From Selaginella moellendorffii (lineage: Eukaryota; Plantae; Lycopodiophyta): a stretch of 64,000 nt of DNA. The number at the start of each line of letters is the position of its first letter. Position 1 is the first letter of the stretch. This document shows, piece by piece, positions 1-10,876 of this stretch. The translations under genes were made by a program, and so were the position numbers. The notes beneath the pieces are model-generated. The model saw only the letters and a program-made list of their open reading frames with translations, did no database searches and was not told the DNA's origin. The DNA lies in NCBI RefSeq assembly GCF_000143415.4, contig NW_003314358.1:192827-256826 (forward strand). The letters run 5' to 3'.

Positions 1-657
1 CTAAGTGGCATAGATGCCATTTACAAGGCTCTTATCTCCCAAAATCGGGAATAGGATTTATGGATGTTGTGAGTGAGACTCCTCCAAATGGATAAATATG
101 TGGTTAAGTGACTAAAGTAGAATGGAAAAATTAATCACTTACACAAAGATACAATCGTGTGGCAAAGAAGTCCTAGAGGCCAATAAGATTTAGCAGTTGG
201 GTCTTTGGGCCCTTACCTAGTAGCAGTGTTGGCAAGCACTATCGGGACAAAAAGGGATTTAGTGGGGACCAAAAAAAGGATATTAAGAAAGGGTGTTCTC
301 TTTGTCTCCAGACATTCTAATGATGCTAAGGTGTGGTCCTGGGATGATCATTTATCCTAATCTTTAGGAGATGGGATTATGGTGTAAGTAGTCTTGGACT
401 GCTAGTGTGGCAAAGGTGAATGGATGTGGCTTTGGCATAACAAGTTAATATGTTAGTAATACTTTTGGGTGTCTGTCATGGGATCGAACATGGGGAGCAC
501 TTGGACCAAATGCAAAGGCAAACGGGTGTAAAGGCCATTCATGGGGCTAGCAAGTCCCTAAATCGGAAATAGGATTTATAGAAATTGTGAGTTTCCTCCA
601 AGCGGTCAACAGTATAATTAAGTGACTAAGGTATAATGGAAAATTTAGTTACTTACA
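1..657 (+). mobile_element. Two tandem degraded 3' fragments of LTR family B (ends ...CACTTACA at ~143 and ...TACTTACA at 657)
   Basis: Similar to 24900-25416, e.g. GTGGTTAAGTGACTAAAGTA.AATGGAAAA.TTA.TC.CTTACA; many C>T/G>A changes. Confidence 0.8.
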
Positions 658-1555
658 CCTACCACTTAGGTTGAGCCCAACCAAACCAAACTACACCACC
701 AAATGTTAATCTCAATATATGATGTGATTCCTCTCGTCAACCAATAAAGTCTTACTTTGATATTAAATATAAACTCCTAAATTTGGACTTTTGGGGAGGT
801 CATCCAATCCTAAGTATCCAAAATTCTTAACTAATTAAAAAAAGGGGTGCACTCTTGTTTATAAACATTTTCCCTTTATATTTAAATTCTTATGAATTAT
901 TTCTTGAGTTGTTTATTTATTTTTTTTCATATTACTTACAATATGATAATGGAGTAAGGTTGAATAAATATGGTAAAATGAGTATAAGTGCAATGAGTCC
1001 AAGTGTAGTTGGTGTTTTAAAAAAATAAATTCCTTTGCTAAAAGGATAAAAAGGATGTGGAGGATGAATAAAGTGATTCCAACTTCCTATATGTGGTGGG
1101 ATAAAATTCATAAATCCAAGTTAACATAGTTTTTGGATATTGATTGAAAGGAAGATGCAAAAATAATTTTTTTTAATAATGTTGAGTTCAAGTTAACAGT
1201 GGTTTCAGAAAATGACTAATGAGCAAACTTAGAGATAAGATATAACAATTATTTCAATGGTGTTTTGTGGATTGCAATGGTTCTCAAAAGTCCCTTACTT
1301 TACTAAATTTGAGGTTTATTCAAGTACTTAATAGTTGTACATGGAGTTGTAATTGGTTTATTGAAATTCTGTAATTGACTAATGCTTATGCCATAGTTTT
1401 AGGTTTTGTTTCTATTAGGAATGTTCATAAATATATTGGTGGTTTTATGGAAATTTTGAGTTCTTGTGGTAGTTTATAATTGCATAGCAAACACTCTAAA
1501 TGTTCTACTTGACTTATCATCATCAACTTTCCATCTAAGAGGATAGTGTAAAGTT

Positions 1556-1560
<5 letters not shown>

Positions 1561-1588
<28 letters not shown>
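1561..1588. repeat. (AT)n microsatellite
   Basis: Direct reading. Confidence 0.95.
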
Positions 1589-1592
<4 letters not shown>

Positions 1593-1921
1593 TAACTATA
1601 TACTATATGGATTGTCTAGTTGGGATATAATGCTGACCATAGTATATATAACTTAATCTACTTTGACATATTCAGCTCTTTACAAAGTAAAAGACTCTGG
1701 AAGTAAATATAAAATTGTATAATTGACTTAGACAACCTTTGAAAAAGATGATACATTTGTTAGAAGGCATCATTATAGTTATTACATGTCTAAATGGACA
1801 CTTGAAGACAATTAGGAGAAAGCTCTAATTCACATAAGTGGTTATACTCAAACCATTCTACCATTATAATGTCATCCCTTAGAGATATAGAGGAAACTTG
1901 TGTAAACATTAGACATCATTC

Positions 1922-1945
1922 AAGCTCTATTTCGTTAAAGTGGGA
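1922..1945 (+). repeat. Left terminal inverted repeat (24 bp)
   Basis: Exact reverse complement of 15126-15149. Confidence 0.95.
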
Positions 1946-2363
1946 ATTGTCATTATCCCACTTGTAAAATAAGGTTTCCAAACCTTTATATAGTATATAA
2001 ATATAACAAAATTCAACTGCATTGAGGCACATGCCATTTTATTTTAAACAAGGAAATGTCTACTCAATCACTTCTCCTCCCCCTGCCACTGCTTCACCTC
2101 TCTCTTCTCCTTGTCATCGTCATCCAATTTCTTTCCATCCTTTTAATATTGGCTCAGTTGCTCCGAGTCTAAGTGGAGCCCAAGTCCCCATTCAATCTTT
2201 ACTTTCCCCTTATTAATAAAAAAACTTTGCAGACTTCCAATAACATGCTGTAACACTTCTAGTATAATGCAAATCCTCTCAAAGAATTGTCTTTTAATAT
2301 TAATACAATGGCATGGAACCCCATGCCATAATAAGTTACATTTTTAAATAAATACATGCCATC

Positions 2364-3226
2364 TCAGACTGTTATTTTTTGCCTCCAACGCCTATACAAT
2401 AATCTTGGAATTTCATCACTCTCCACACTATCAGGATTTAAACCCAATAGTAATGCCATCTCTTCTCTAATACGTCCACGCTCATGTTCAGTGGTCGAAG
2501 AACCCATCCGGTTGAGCAGATTATGGAGATGCGGATAGTGCTTGGCTAGACAATATACATGCCATAAATGATGACTGGTGTCTGTCCGATCAAATGGCTT
2601 CTGATATACCGTTCCATATGCCATTTAGTTGATTTCTGCAGCCACCTCCTGGACTAGCCGGTTCTCTATCACCATCGCTCCAAGCCGTTTTGCAAGGTCC
2701 CCCAGAACATACGGTTTCTTCTCCCTAGTTTCCATACTGCAAGAGATGGGGTGCACTGCATATGTGTGCGTGTTTGCTGCAGTTTTAATCGGCGAGTCAT
2801 CGATGATGAGGATTTCACTTGACCTAGCAGTCCGGTTCATCACTACAGCCTCTGGCTTGACGAAGATGGGCTTGCTTCCCCTCACATGGACCATAGTCAA
2901 GCAATCCTCCTGCGTTAGGAGAAAGTCAAATGGTAATATTACTCGCGTCTGATCGTGCATCATCTGTAGCAACGTTAATGCATTGTGGCGCATCATGGAT
3001 GTCCAAACTCCCAATTGCAAATTGAACCCGGCCCTCTGTTTTAAATGTCGCATGGTCATTATTAGATCCCGCAGTTTCTCCCGTGTGATTAATGTGAATC
3101 TGTCTCTTTTGACCAACTTGCGACCGCAGGCTTTGGAGGGTGCAGTGACATTCGAGGACGAGCCACGCTCATGGGAGAAAAGGACACCGTTCAGATCAAA
3201 AACGATACAGTACTTTCGCCGTGATT
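2364..3226 (-). pseudogene. FCP1/SCP (NIF)-type HAD phosphatase domain, probably the last exon of the transposon cargo gene
   Basis: Motifs IVFDLNGVL, LGVWTS, FLLTQEDC, KPIFVK, ILIIDDSPIK; acceptor TTTCAG at 3227; in-frame TAA at 2625-2627 followed directly by same-frame ORF 2364-2624. Confidence 0.75.
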
Positions 3227-3273
3227 CTGAAATGAAATGCGTCAGCATAAAAAATGGTACAAGTCAATTTTAC

Positions 3274-5046
3274 CATCTACAATATTAGCGAATGGTGCTC
3301 CCGATGGTCGTTCAAAGGGTTTTGGTCAAGGAAACGTGAAGGGCGGAAATACTCTCCTCTGCAATGTGGGGTCAATCACATCCGATGGCGTGTGGGCACA
3401 TGCCATTTTAGCTGTAGACTCTGGTACAACTGGCTCAACAGTGGCATGGGGTGGTTCCGATGGCGTGTGATCATACGCCATTTCAGCTGGTGCCTCCGTT
3501 GGCAAAGTGGACATGACCGAACAGGCAGCAGGGGCAGTGTAGGGAGGTTCCAACGGCGCGTAGTCAGACGATTGGGCACACGTTGAGTCCGTTGGAAATG
3601 AGGATACGACCGGCTCGGCGGCTGGGGCGGCCTCATGCGGGTCCAATGGCGCCTGGTCATCGTCAGTTGGATACGTGGACAAGATTGACTCAGTGGTATG
3701 GGCAGCATCAAGTGGAGTGTGGTCAGCTTGCTTGGCGTTGATATGGATAGTAGCCTCCACCAGCTCTGATGACTCTTGCAGGCAAGTAGAGTCCACTGGC
3801 GGATCCATATGCATGTCCAAATATCTCCCTTCGATTGAGATGGTATCCTCCCTACTAGTTACTAAAAACAAACTCATTAGCACATTGAATCGACTATACT
3901 GTATTTACCATCAACTGCTATTGGGCGCACTACTGATTCTGAAGGATTGGACATACGTTTCGACCCTTGCTTGGCACTATCCTTCCTCGACACTAAAGGC
4001 TAGAGTTTGTATCTTAATTCAACTGAATAATCTCTACTTACCATTTGCTTTGCAACCTACATGGACAATGTTAGAAATGGTAAAAGGTTAAGAATGGATA
4101 TACTATTATTTACCTAATGGTTTGTCTTGTATGACCTTCCTCCGCTGCTCTTTGGCCACCTCAGGCTGGCCATCGTCGTCATCATCGTCGTCGTCGTTAT
4201 TGTGATCGTCACTATTGTGAGGACCATCCAAGTCCTCTTCGTCCTCCTCTTCTTTGTCCTCCTCTTCGTCCTTCTGCTCTTCCTGCTCATTATCTTTCTC
4301 TGGCTCCTCATCCCCCTCCTGCATTTCTTCTATAGGCTGCTCAGGCTGGATGGCTTGTTCTTCTAGGACCATCTTGGGAAAATCATCTAGCCGAGTCTCC
4401 ATCTCAAAATACAAGACATCCATAGCCTGTTTTAGTGCGTGACCTAGGACCGTATCCTCACCCGACTGTCTTAACATGGTTTCTGCACGTTCTTGCACCC
4501 TTCGAAGACGACGAGATGAGAAAAACGTGGCCCTGACTTGAAAAGCATCCCTCATCCATTGTACCTCTCCATTGAGATTGGGGAAGGGGAGTCCGCCATA
4601 GGAATCTGAGTCAGGAGGTGGTGACCGCGAGGCATTACCTATCATCTTTTCGTTGCCCTTCTTCCTTTTCGAATCAAACGCCTCTGATCCCGACGACTGT
4701 CCAACGTGCTTTCGCTTTTTATGACCACTGTCAGTTTGAGCTTGGCTGGTGCTTGCCTGTTTTGCCTTTGAAGAAGTGTCTCCTGCAAGGAATGGCATGA
4801 GACCACACGCCATTGCAAATATAATTTGTACCTCCTTTTTTCCTATTGCTTGTCTGTTTGTCCTTCTTCGACGCGCCACCAGTGCGCTTTTCAGTCCTCG
4901 TGTCTGAATATTCACAACGATCTATAATCAAAATGGCGTGAGGCCTCACGTGACCTTACCTTGTGCAGGTTGTGAGCTCGGCCTAACATGGGTATCTTCA
5001 ACAGTAGCTGTTAACGCCGTTTCAGCATCTGGGGGTGGCCACGCTC
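3274..5046 (-). pseudogene. Middle low-complexity (acidic, Pro/Thr/Ala-rich) exons of the cargo gene
   Basis: Phase-compatible GT-AG introns 5047-5096, 4922-4959, 4783-4831 and 3227-3273 join ORFs 5080-6996, 4106-4915 and 3326-3883; one in-frame TGA at 3326-3328; small exons in 3860-4113 not fully resolved. Confidence 0.55.
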
Positions 5047-5096
5047 CTGCATACAGAGCTTGTGAGATAACATTTAAACTTAAAGTTTGTACTCAC

Positions 5097-7733
5097 CAGG
5101 TTCGCAGAGAAGATACTGTTTTTCTTTGGCAACTGTAATTATATGCTTCATTGAAGTCACCTCTTCAATGGAGTTTGTCACCGCAACACACGGGACACCG
5201 TTGAGTAGTGCGGCTCGAAAGAATAGTCCGCCGCAGTTGTACTCGACAACGCATTTGCCCTTGGAGTCGGAAGCAGGTGCTATTGCGTTGAAGACCCAGC
5301 TGAGCATTTCCCATGCTGCACCTGGAGCTTTCTCTGGATTCGAAAGCTCCATAGCCATCTTTAGTTCCTCAGGCACGGGTAAATTGACCTCCCTCAGATC
5401 AATTCGATCGGCCTTGTCGAACGAAGCTGGGAAGTCACTCCAGTCCCACTCTGCTGCAGGACCAATAACAAGGGCGAGTGTGAAGATGCGGACATTCGTC
5501 GGTATCTTCTTCTTAGCCATTATCCCATGGATCTCCTGCATCTCCTTGCCTTTCAACCGAGCCTTCACCTCGTTCAAGGCCTTCCAGAACTTGTGATAGG
5601 ATTCGGAGTCGTAGATCATATAGTGGACTGAAGATTCCACCTCCGCAAGTCCCACCATTAAGTCAATGATGGAGCTGACTTCATCTGCATGAGTGATCTC
5701 CTCATTTGTGAAGTCCATCATACAAAAGATGTTCTTGACCTGCTCATCTCCGTGGGAAACGATGCTCCTCCACCTTTGATCCTCATCCGAATTCACGTAT
5801 ACCCGGTAAGGTTCTCGATAGGCCTCTGCTGCGGGGTCGAGCTGTTTCTGAAGCCGGCGGTCGACATCCCTCTTAATGAAATTTGGATACTGATCCAACT
5901 TCTCAGCTTTACTTTTCGTGGCATCCCGCAGCAGATCAATGAACTTGGGGGCCCCCTTCACGTAGTCGTCGATGTTTTCATTTGACAACTCCAGCTCTTC
6001 CATCATCTCTTGCGTGGTGTCGATGCTCACCCTCTCCACGGCCACTTGCTCGAAGATCCAATCCTTCAATAGCGCACGAGCTCTCAGAGTCGTGCACAAG
6101 TCCTCGTATGTCACAATATGGCCGGGAGTCATTTTGGTCTTGTTGAAGACTACCTCACCACGTAGAAGAGCATTAGCCACTGTCAGAAGGTCGTCGTCGT
6201 CTAGAGACCGCGAGAAACACAAGGCGTTGAGCTTCAAATCATTGGGCTTCCGGCCGTCCTCCACACCCATTGAGTTTAGCAACTCCCCGTCATGGTACCT
6301 CCTCAGCACATCTACCCATTTGTCAAAAACAACTTTTGTCGCGAGTAGAATGTTATGGATGCTAAGTGTGTCATTGACCCCCAGTGTTTTCGAGAGAAGA
6401 CTCGAGAATTCCTGCAATGGAAATGGCGTGAGGCCACATGCTATGCCACATGCAACGAGGCTTACCTGCCAGGCGCTAGTTGCTAGTGCACGTCCTTGTC
6501 CTGGTTTTTGTGGCTTCTTCAGTTGAACCCAGAGCTTCCGTGTTCGTGCCAATGTCTCATGCAGACCCGATTTGTAGCACATTTCTTGCTTGACATTCTG
6601 CGCGTGGGAGATGGATATGATAGATCGGAGGGGCGAGTTGCCTTTTATCAGGCGGACAACTCTTGTCTTGAAGACTTTCTTCACCTCCTCGCCCACCATA
6701 ATATCCAGAACTATCTCTTGCATCGCCAAGCTAGAATGCTGCCCGGAGACGGCATAGAACCGGATGTTCTGATCGTCCAACACCTTCCTATTGATCAAGT
6801 CTGGAAACCTCGTCTCGCCCTTCATTGTTCGGTAGTAGGGGATCACGTCTGCGATGTCGGGTGTTACTGAACTTGCCAGCATCTTCTGCTTCAGTTTCTC
6901 CACCCACTCATCATTGTTCGGTAGTAGGGGATCACGTCTGCGATGTCGGGTGTTACTGAACTTGCCAGCATCTTCTGCTTCAGTTTCTCCACCCACTCAT
7001 CAGATACTAGCCTGTGGTTGTATTTGCTTTGGATGTCGATACGGCTCACGTCGATTGTATATACTTTGTTGGAATAGTAACAAGTACTATTATCTGCGAC
7101 GATTTTTGCTGCCTCTTCTTGCTCTTTCTGCTCTTTGCGGCTCTTCTTTTTGGTGGGTGTAGTGTTCGAACCCGAGGCAATGGCATCACCGAGTAGCTTC
7201 TTTTTTGGAGCAAGAGAGTCGGACGTCGGCTTGAGCTTGACCACCCTTTTCTGCTTCGGGGTAGTTTCCAAATCGACCCCCTTCCCCTTCGCTTCGCGAA
7301 CTGGAGGCACTCTCAATGGCTCAATGTTGGAATATAGTTTTTGAACATCGCTGTAGGTGAGGTCCGTGGATTCCATGTGATCTTCATAGACCCGCAGCGT
7401 CTTTGAAATTGTGGGCCTCCTGGACAACCTCTCCCTAGCTCCCTCTAGGAATTCCTCATAGCCGCTGCCCCCCTCCAGGAAGCCGCTAGGATGTGCAAGG
7501 TGGATCTTGAAGGCGGACGCTGTCTCTACCACAAGTGCCAATCCATATTCTTGCATGGAACTGCATGGAGTGTCTCTCACTTGGATGAGGATCCCCATGC
7601 ATTCTTTTCTCCCACCATCTGTGTTGTACAGCCTCAGATCCTCGCCTTCCATCCCGAAAGTCCAACTGGTGAGCTCCTCCCCCTTCTCTGCATCCACATT
7701 GACAGTGGCTGGAAGAAGAACGCAATTCCTCGC
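5097..7733 (-). pseudogene. ParB/Srx-like domain plus degenerate N4/N6 DNA-methyltransferase-like domain (cargo gene, 5' part)
   Basis: YNHRLVSDEWVEKLKQKM...FYAVSGQHSSLA resembles ParB-N; NPEKAP...CVVEYNCGGLFFRAALLNGVPCVAV resembles the beta-class MTase SAM-binding end; ORFs 6891-7754 and 5080-6996 join when the 89-bp duplication is removed; 54-bp in-frame intron 6412-6465. Confidence 0.6.
6822..6999. repeat. Perfect 89-bp tandem duplication causing a frameshift
   Basis: 6822-6910 equals 6911-6999. Confidence 0.95.
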
Positions 7734-8679
7734 CTGTTCAGAAATGCACAACAATTAGAGCTAACAGATGAAGAGCTAGCAGCTGGAAATAACGTGAGGC
7801 CACACGCCATTCACCATTGCATCAGATGTCTTGAGGCTGCATCCTAAGATGGCGTGAGGCTACACGCCATCTGTAACTGGACTACACTCGAGAGCCCAAT
7901 CGGTGCATGCCAATGTTGCTACTGAATGGCATGTGGCCTCATGCCATTTTCTACTTGGCCTAAAAGACTTACCATTTGAAGCCGAATGGAGGCCGTGACA
8001 ATTGAGGCCGGACTCGCTGGCGAATATGCACTGTGTGTGCAGCGGATCGTAGCAGCAAGGCTACTCTGCCACTTACAGTTGGAGAGTGGCGCTGAAATCT
8101 CTCGGGACGCCAAGTGGGCTGCGTGTGGGTGGCGGAGTGGGCAGCGGAGTTGGCGGCGAAGTTACAAACTGGGTGTGTCTTGAAGTGGACGTCGATGCAC
8201 ACGAGCGCGATGCAAGCGCGAGTGTGATGCAAGCGCGAGTGGACGCCGATGCACACGAGAAACCTGTAGAGAAGTGAGCGTGATCCCGAGTGGGAGTGCG
8301 ATGCGAGCGGGAGCGCGAGTGTGATGTGAGCGCGAGCGCGAGTGTGCGAGCGCGAGTACGAAGCAAAATGCAAAACCTAACCTCACACACGCGAAATGTC
8401 ACAACGGTTGGTAATCCCGCCACGTCATCATTCCTCGGACTTGGGCGCCACCATTAATTTCTGGATTGCCGCGCGCATGCAAGCACGCAAAATCCAAAAG
8501 AAATCCGCAACGTCATCATTCCTCGGACTGCATGCACGCGAAATCCAAAAGAAAGATCATGATTGGGATATCATTTAATACCCTCGCTATATTTATACCA
8601 TGCATGATTGGATATTCCAAAGCATCTTGTATTTCCAAAAATGGCAGATGTTCAGCTAAATAAAGAAATTCTATCTGTT

Positions 8680-10015
8680 TCTATTTTTCTCTCAAATCAA
8701 TATTATAGCGTGTGGGCTCATGCAATTTTGAACCAAAGAAACCCAAAAAATGTTGGACCCAAAATATCTTGAAAAAACCCAAAAAACCCTAAACATTTTA
8801 AACCCAAAAATCCAGGCGTCCTGTGGCGTTATTCCTTGAATGGCGTGTGGGCGCATGCCATTTTTAGGGCCAAATGCTGAATGGAGAAAAATTCCCTTTC
8901 AGTGCAAATGCTGCAAGAGGCAGATGCCGAGCACAAAGGATTGTAACTACCTCATATGACACAGATAAACTTTTCTCTATTTGGCAAAGATAAACTTTAT
9001 AGCGTGTGGGCTCATGTAATTTTGAACCCAAAAAATGCACCAAAAAATTCTCGGCGTCATCTGGCGTTATCTCTTGAATGGCGTGGGGCCGCATGCCATT
9101 TTCAGGGGCACATAGGAGTATATTCCTAGGATATTCTGACACGTGCGAGATTTTTTTGAGTTTTCTGGAGATCCAACCGTTAGATCGCAACTAGATTTTA
9201 CAGAATGGTATACAATGTCTTTCTTGATGACCCTGCAAAGAAGCATCTCGATCGGACACCACATAAGACCACACGAGCCTTACAATGTTTCAGGGGCATT
9301 TGCCATAGATCCGACCGTTATTTTGCTCCAAGATTTTACAGTTTGGTGTGCATTGACCTTTCCATCGACACTGCAAAGGGACATCACAATCAGATGTGGG
9401 ATCACAAGAAACTAACTTCACTAACTCTGGTTTCACCAAGATCTACATAAGGAGTTATGACCCTCTCTATTGAAATGTGTTTATGGTCCTAGGGGCATTT
9501 TGACATATCAAAGGATTTTGCATCAAGTTCTGTATTTGCATGTTTATCAAGCTATTGAATTGCTAAACCCTAAACCCTAAACATGTGGCAAATGCTGCGT
9601 GAAGAAAGATGCCCTTTCTGGGCAAATGCTGTAAGAGGCAGATGCCGAGCAGATGTATCTCAGGCTAGCGAAGGGGACAAACGAAAGCTAGCTATAAACA
9701 TGACGGGATGCAAATAGATTACTAGGCTGGTCCTGCGAAAATCAAAAACCATAATTGAAAACATTGAAAATGCAAAAAGAAAGGTTTATAATATTTTTGA
9801 ATTTTAAGCAACCAAAGGAATGTAAGTAGGGCATGTGTTTGTAAGTTTAAAAATGCCTCAACCACTTAAATTCCCAAGTAAATAAAACTGTTTCTATTTT
9901 TGGTACAGGTAAACTTTATAGCGTGTGGGCTCATGCAATTTTGAACCCAAAAATGCACCAAAAAATGCTCGACTAGCATTATTCTTTGAATGGCGTGTGG
10001 CCTTATATTGCCATA
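8680..10015 (+). repeat. Three ~130-180 bp direct repeats, each carrying two palindromes, in the divergent intergenic region
   Basis: Units at ~8680-8865, ~8972-9102 and ~9891-10015 share TTTCTATTT...TATAGCGTGTGGGCTCATG.AATTTTGAACC.AAA...TTGAATGGCGTG. Confidence 0.85.
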
Positions 10016-10439
10016 AATGGACGTACACACACAGCATAATTATTCCTTTACAAGGCGAATAATCTTGGCGCGGATCGCTGACATGGCATGGCAAAGTTCG
10101 AATCACTGACATGGCACAGCTGGATCGAGGCAAGGACATGATGTGACAAAGTTCAACCTCCGACAGCAAAGTCTAGAAGCTACTCAGTTTGAAATTTGTC
10201 AGAGGAATCATAAGATCTGGTTTGTCAGAGGATTTGATGTGACGTTCAAGCGTGTGTTATTTTTGAATTCTCGAACTCATTCCTAGGTCTATCATTTTTG
10301 TGCGCCGTGTTCTTGGTTCCGCTGAGCGCAGTGAGCGCTGCTTGTGTAAGCGGCGTTGTGGGCTGTGGTTTATGTGTCTACGAGCGGTTGCAGCATTGCG
10401 AGCGCCATTGCGAGCGGCAGTTTATGCGAGTGGCAGTTT

Positions 10440-10515
10440 GTGCGAGCGGCGCTACGAGCAGTTGCGGTGTTGCGAGCGGCACTACGAGTAGTTGCGGTGT
10501 TGCGAGCGGCACTGT
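10440..10515 (+). repeat. 30-bp tandem repeat (~2.5 copies) upstream of the transposase
   Basis: TGCGAGCGGC.CTACGAG.AGTTGCGGTGT units. Confidence 0.85.
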
Positions 10516-10876
10516 CTTTGGTGTGGCTACCGCTTCCTCTTGATATTCGGCACTTGTGCTTCCTGGTATGTTCACCATGGAATGGCTTAGGACCACATTT
10601 AGAAATGGCATGAGGCCACATGCCATCTTGGGCCCTTGCAATTTCATGGCTAGCGTATTGTCATGTATGTTTTTACTTGCCTGCAGCTGTGTGTATATCA
10701 AGATGGCATGAGGGCTCATGCCAATTTTGTGAATGCGAAATTTCACGTGGGTATCAATAGCATGTTTGAATAATGGCATGTGGCCTCATGCTATTGAGGT
10801 TGTTTGGTATGTTATGATTTAGGCCATTCTCCAATCATTTTTTGTATGGTTTTAACTTCTTTTCTGCACTTTCAGA

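Noticed and set aside
9566-9582. AAACCCT repeats as an interstitial telomere
   Set aside because: Only about two units; better read as a telo-box.
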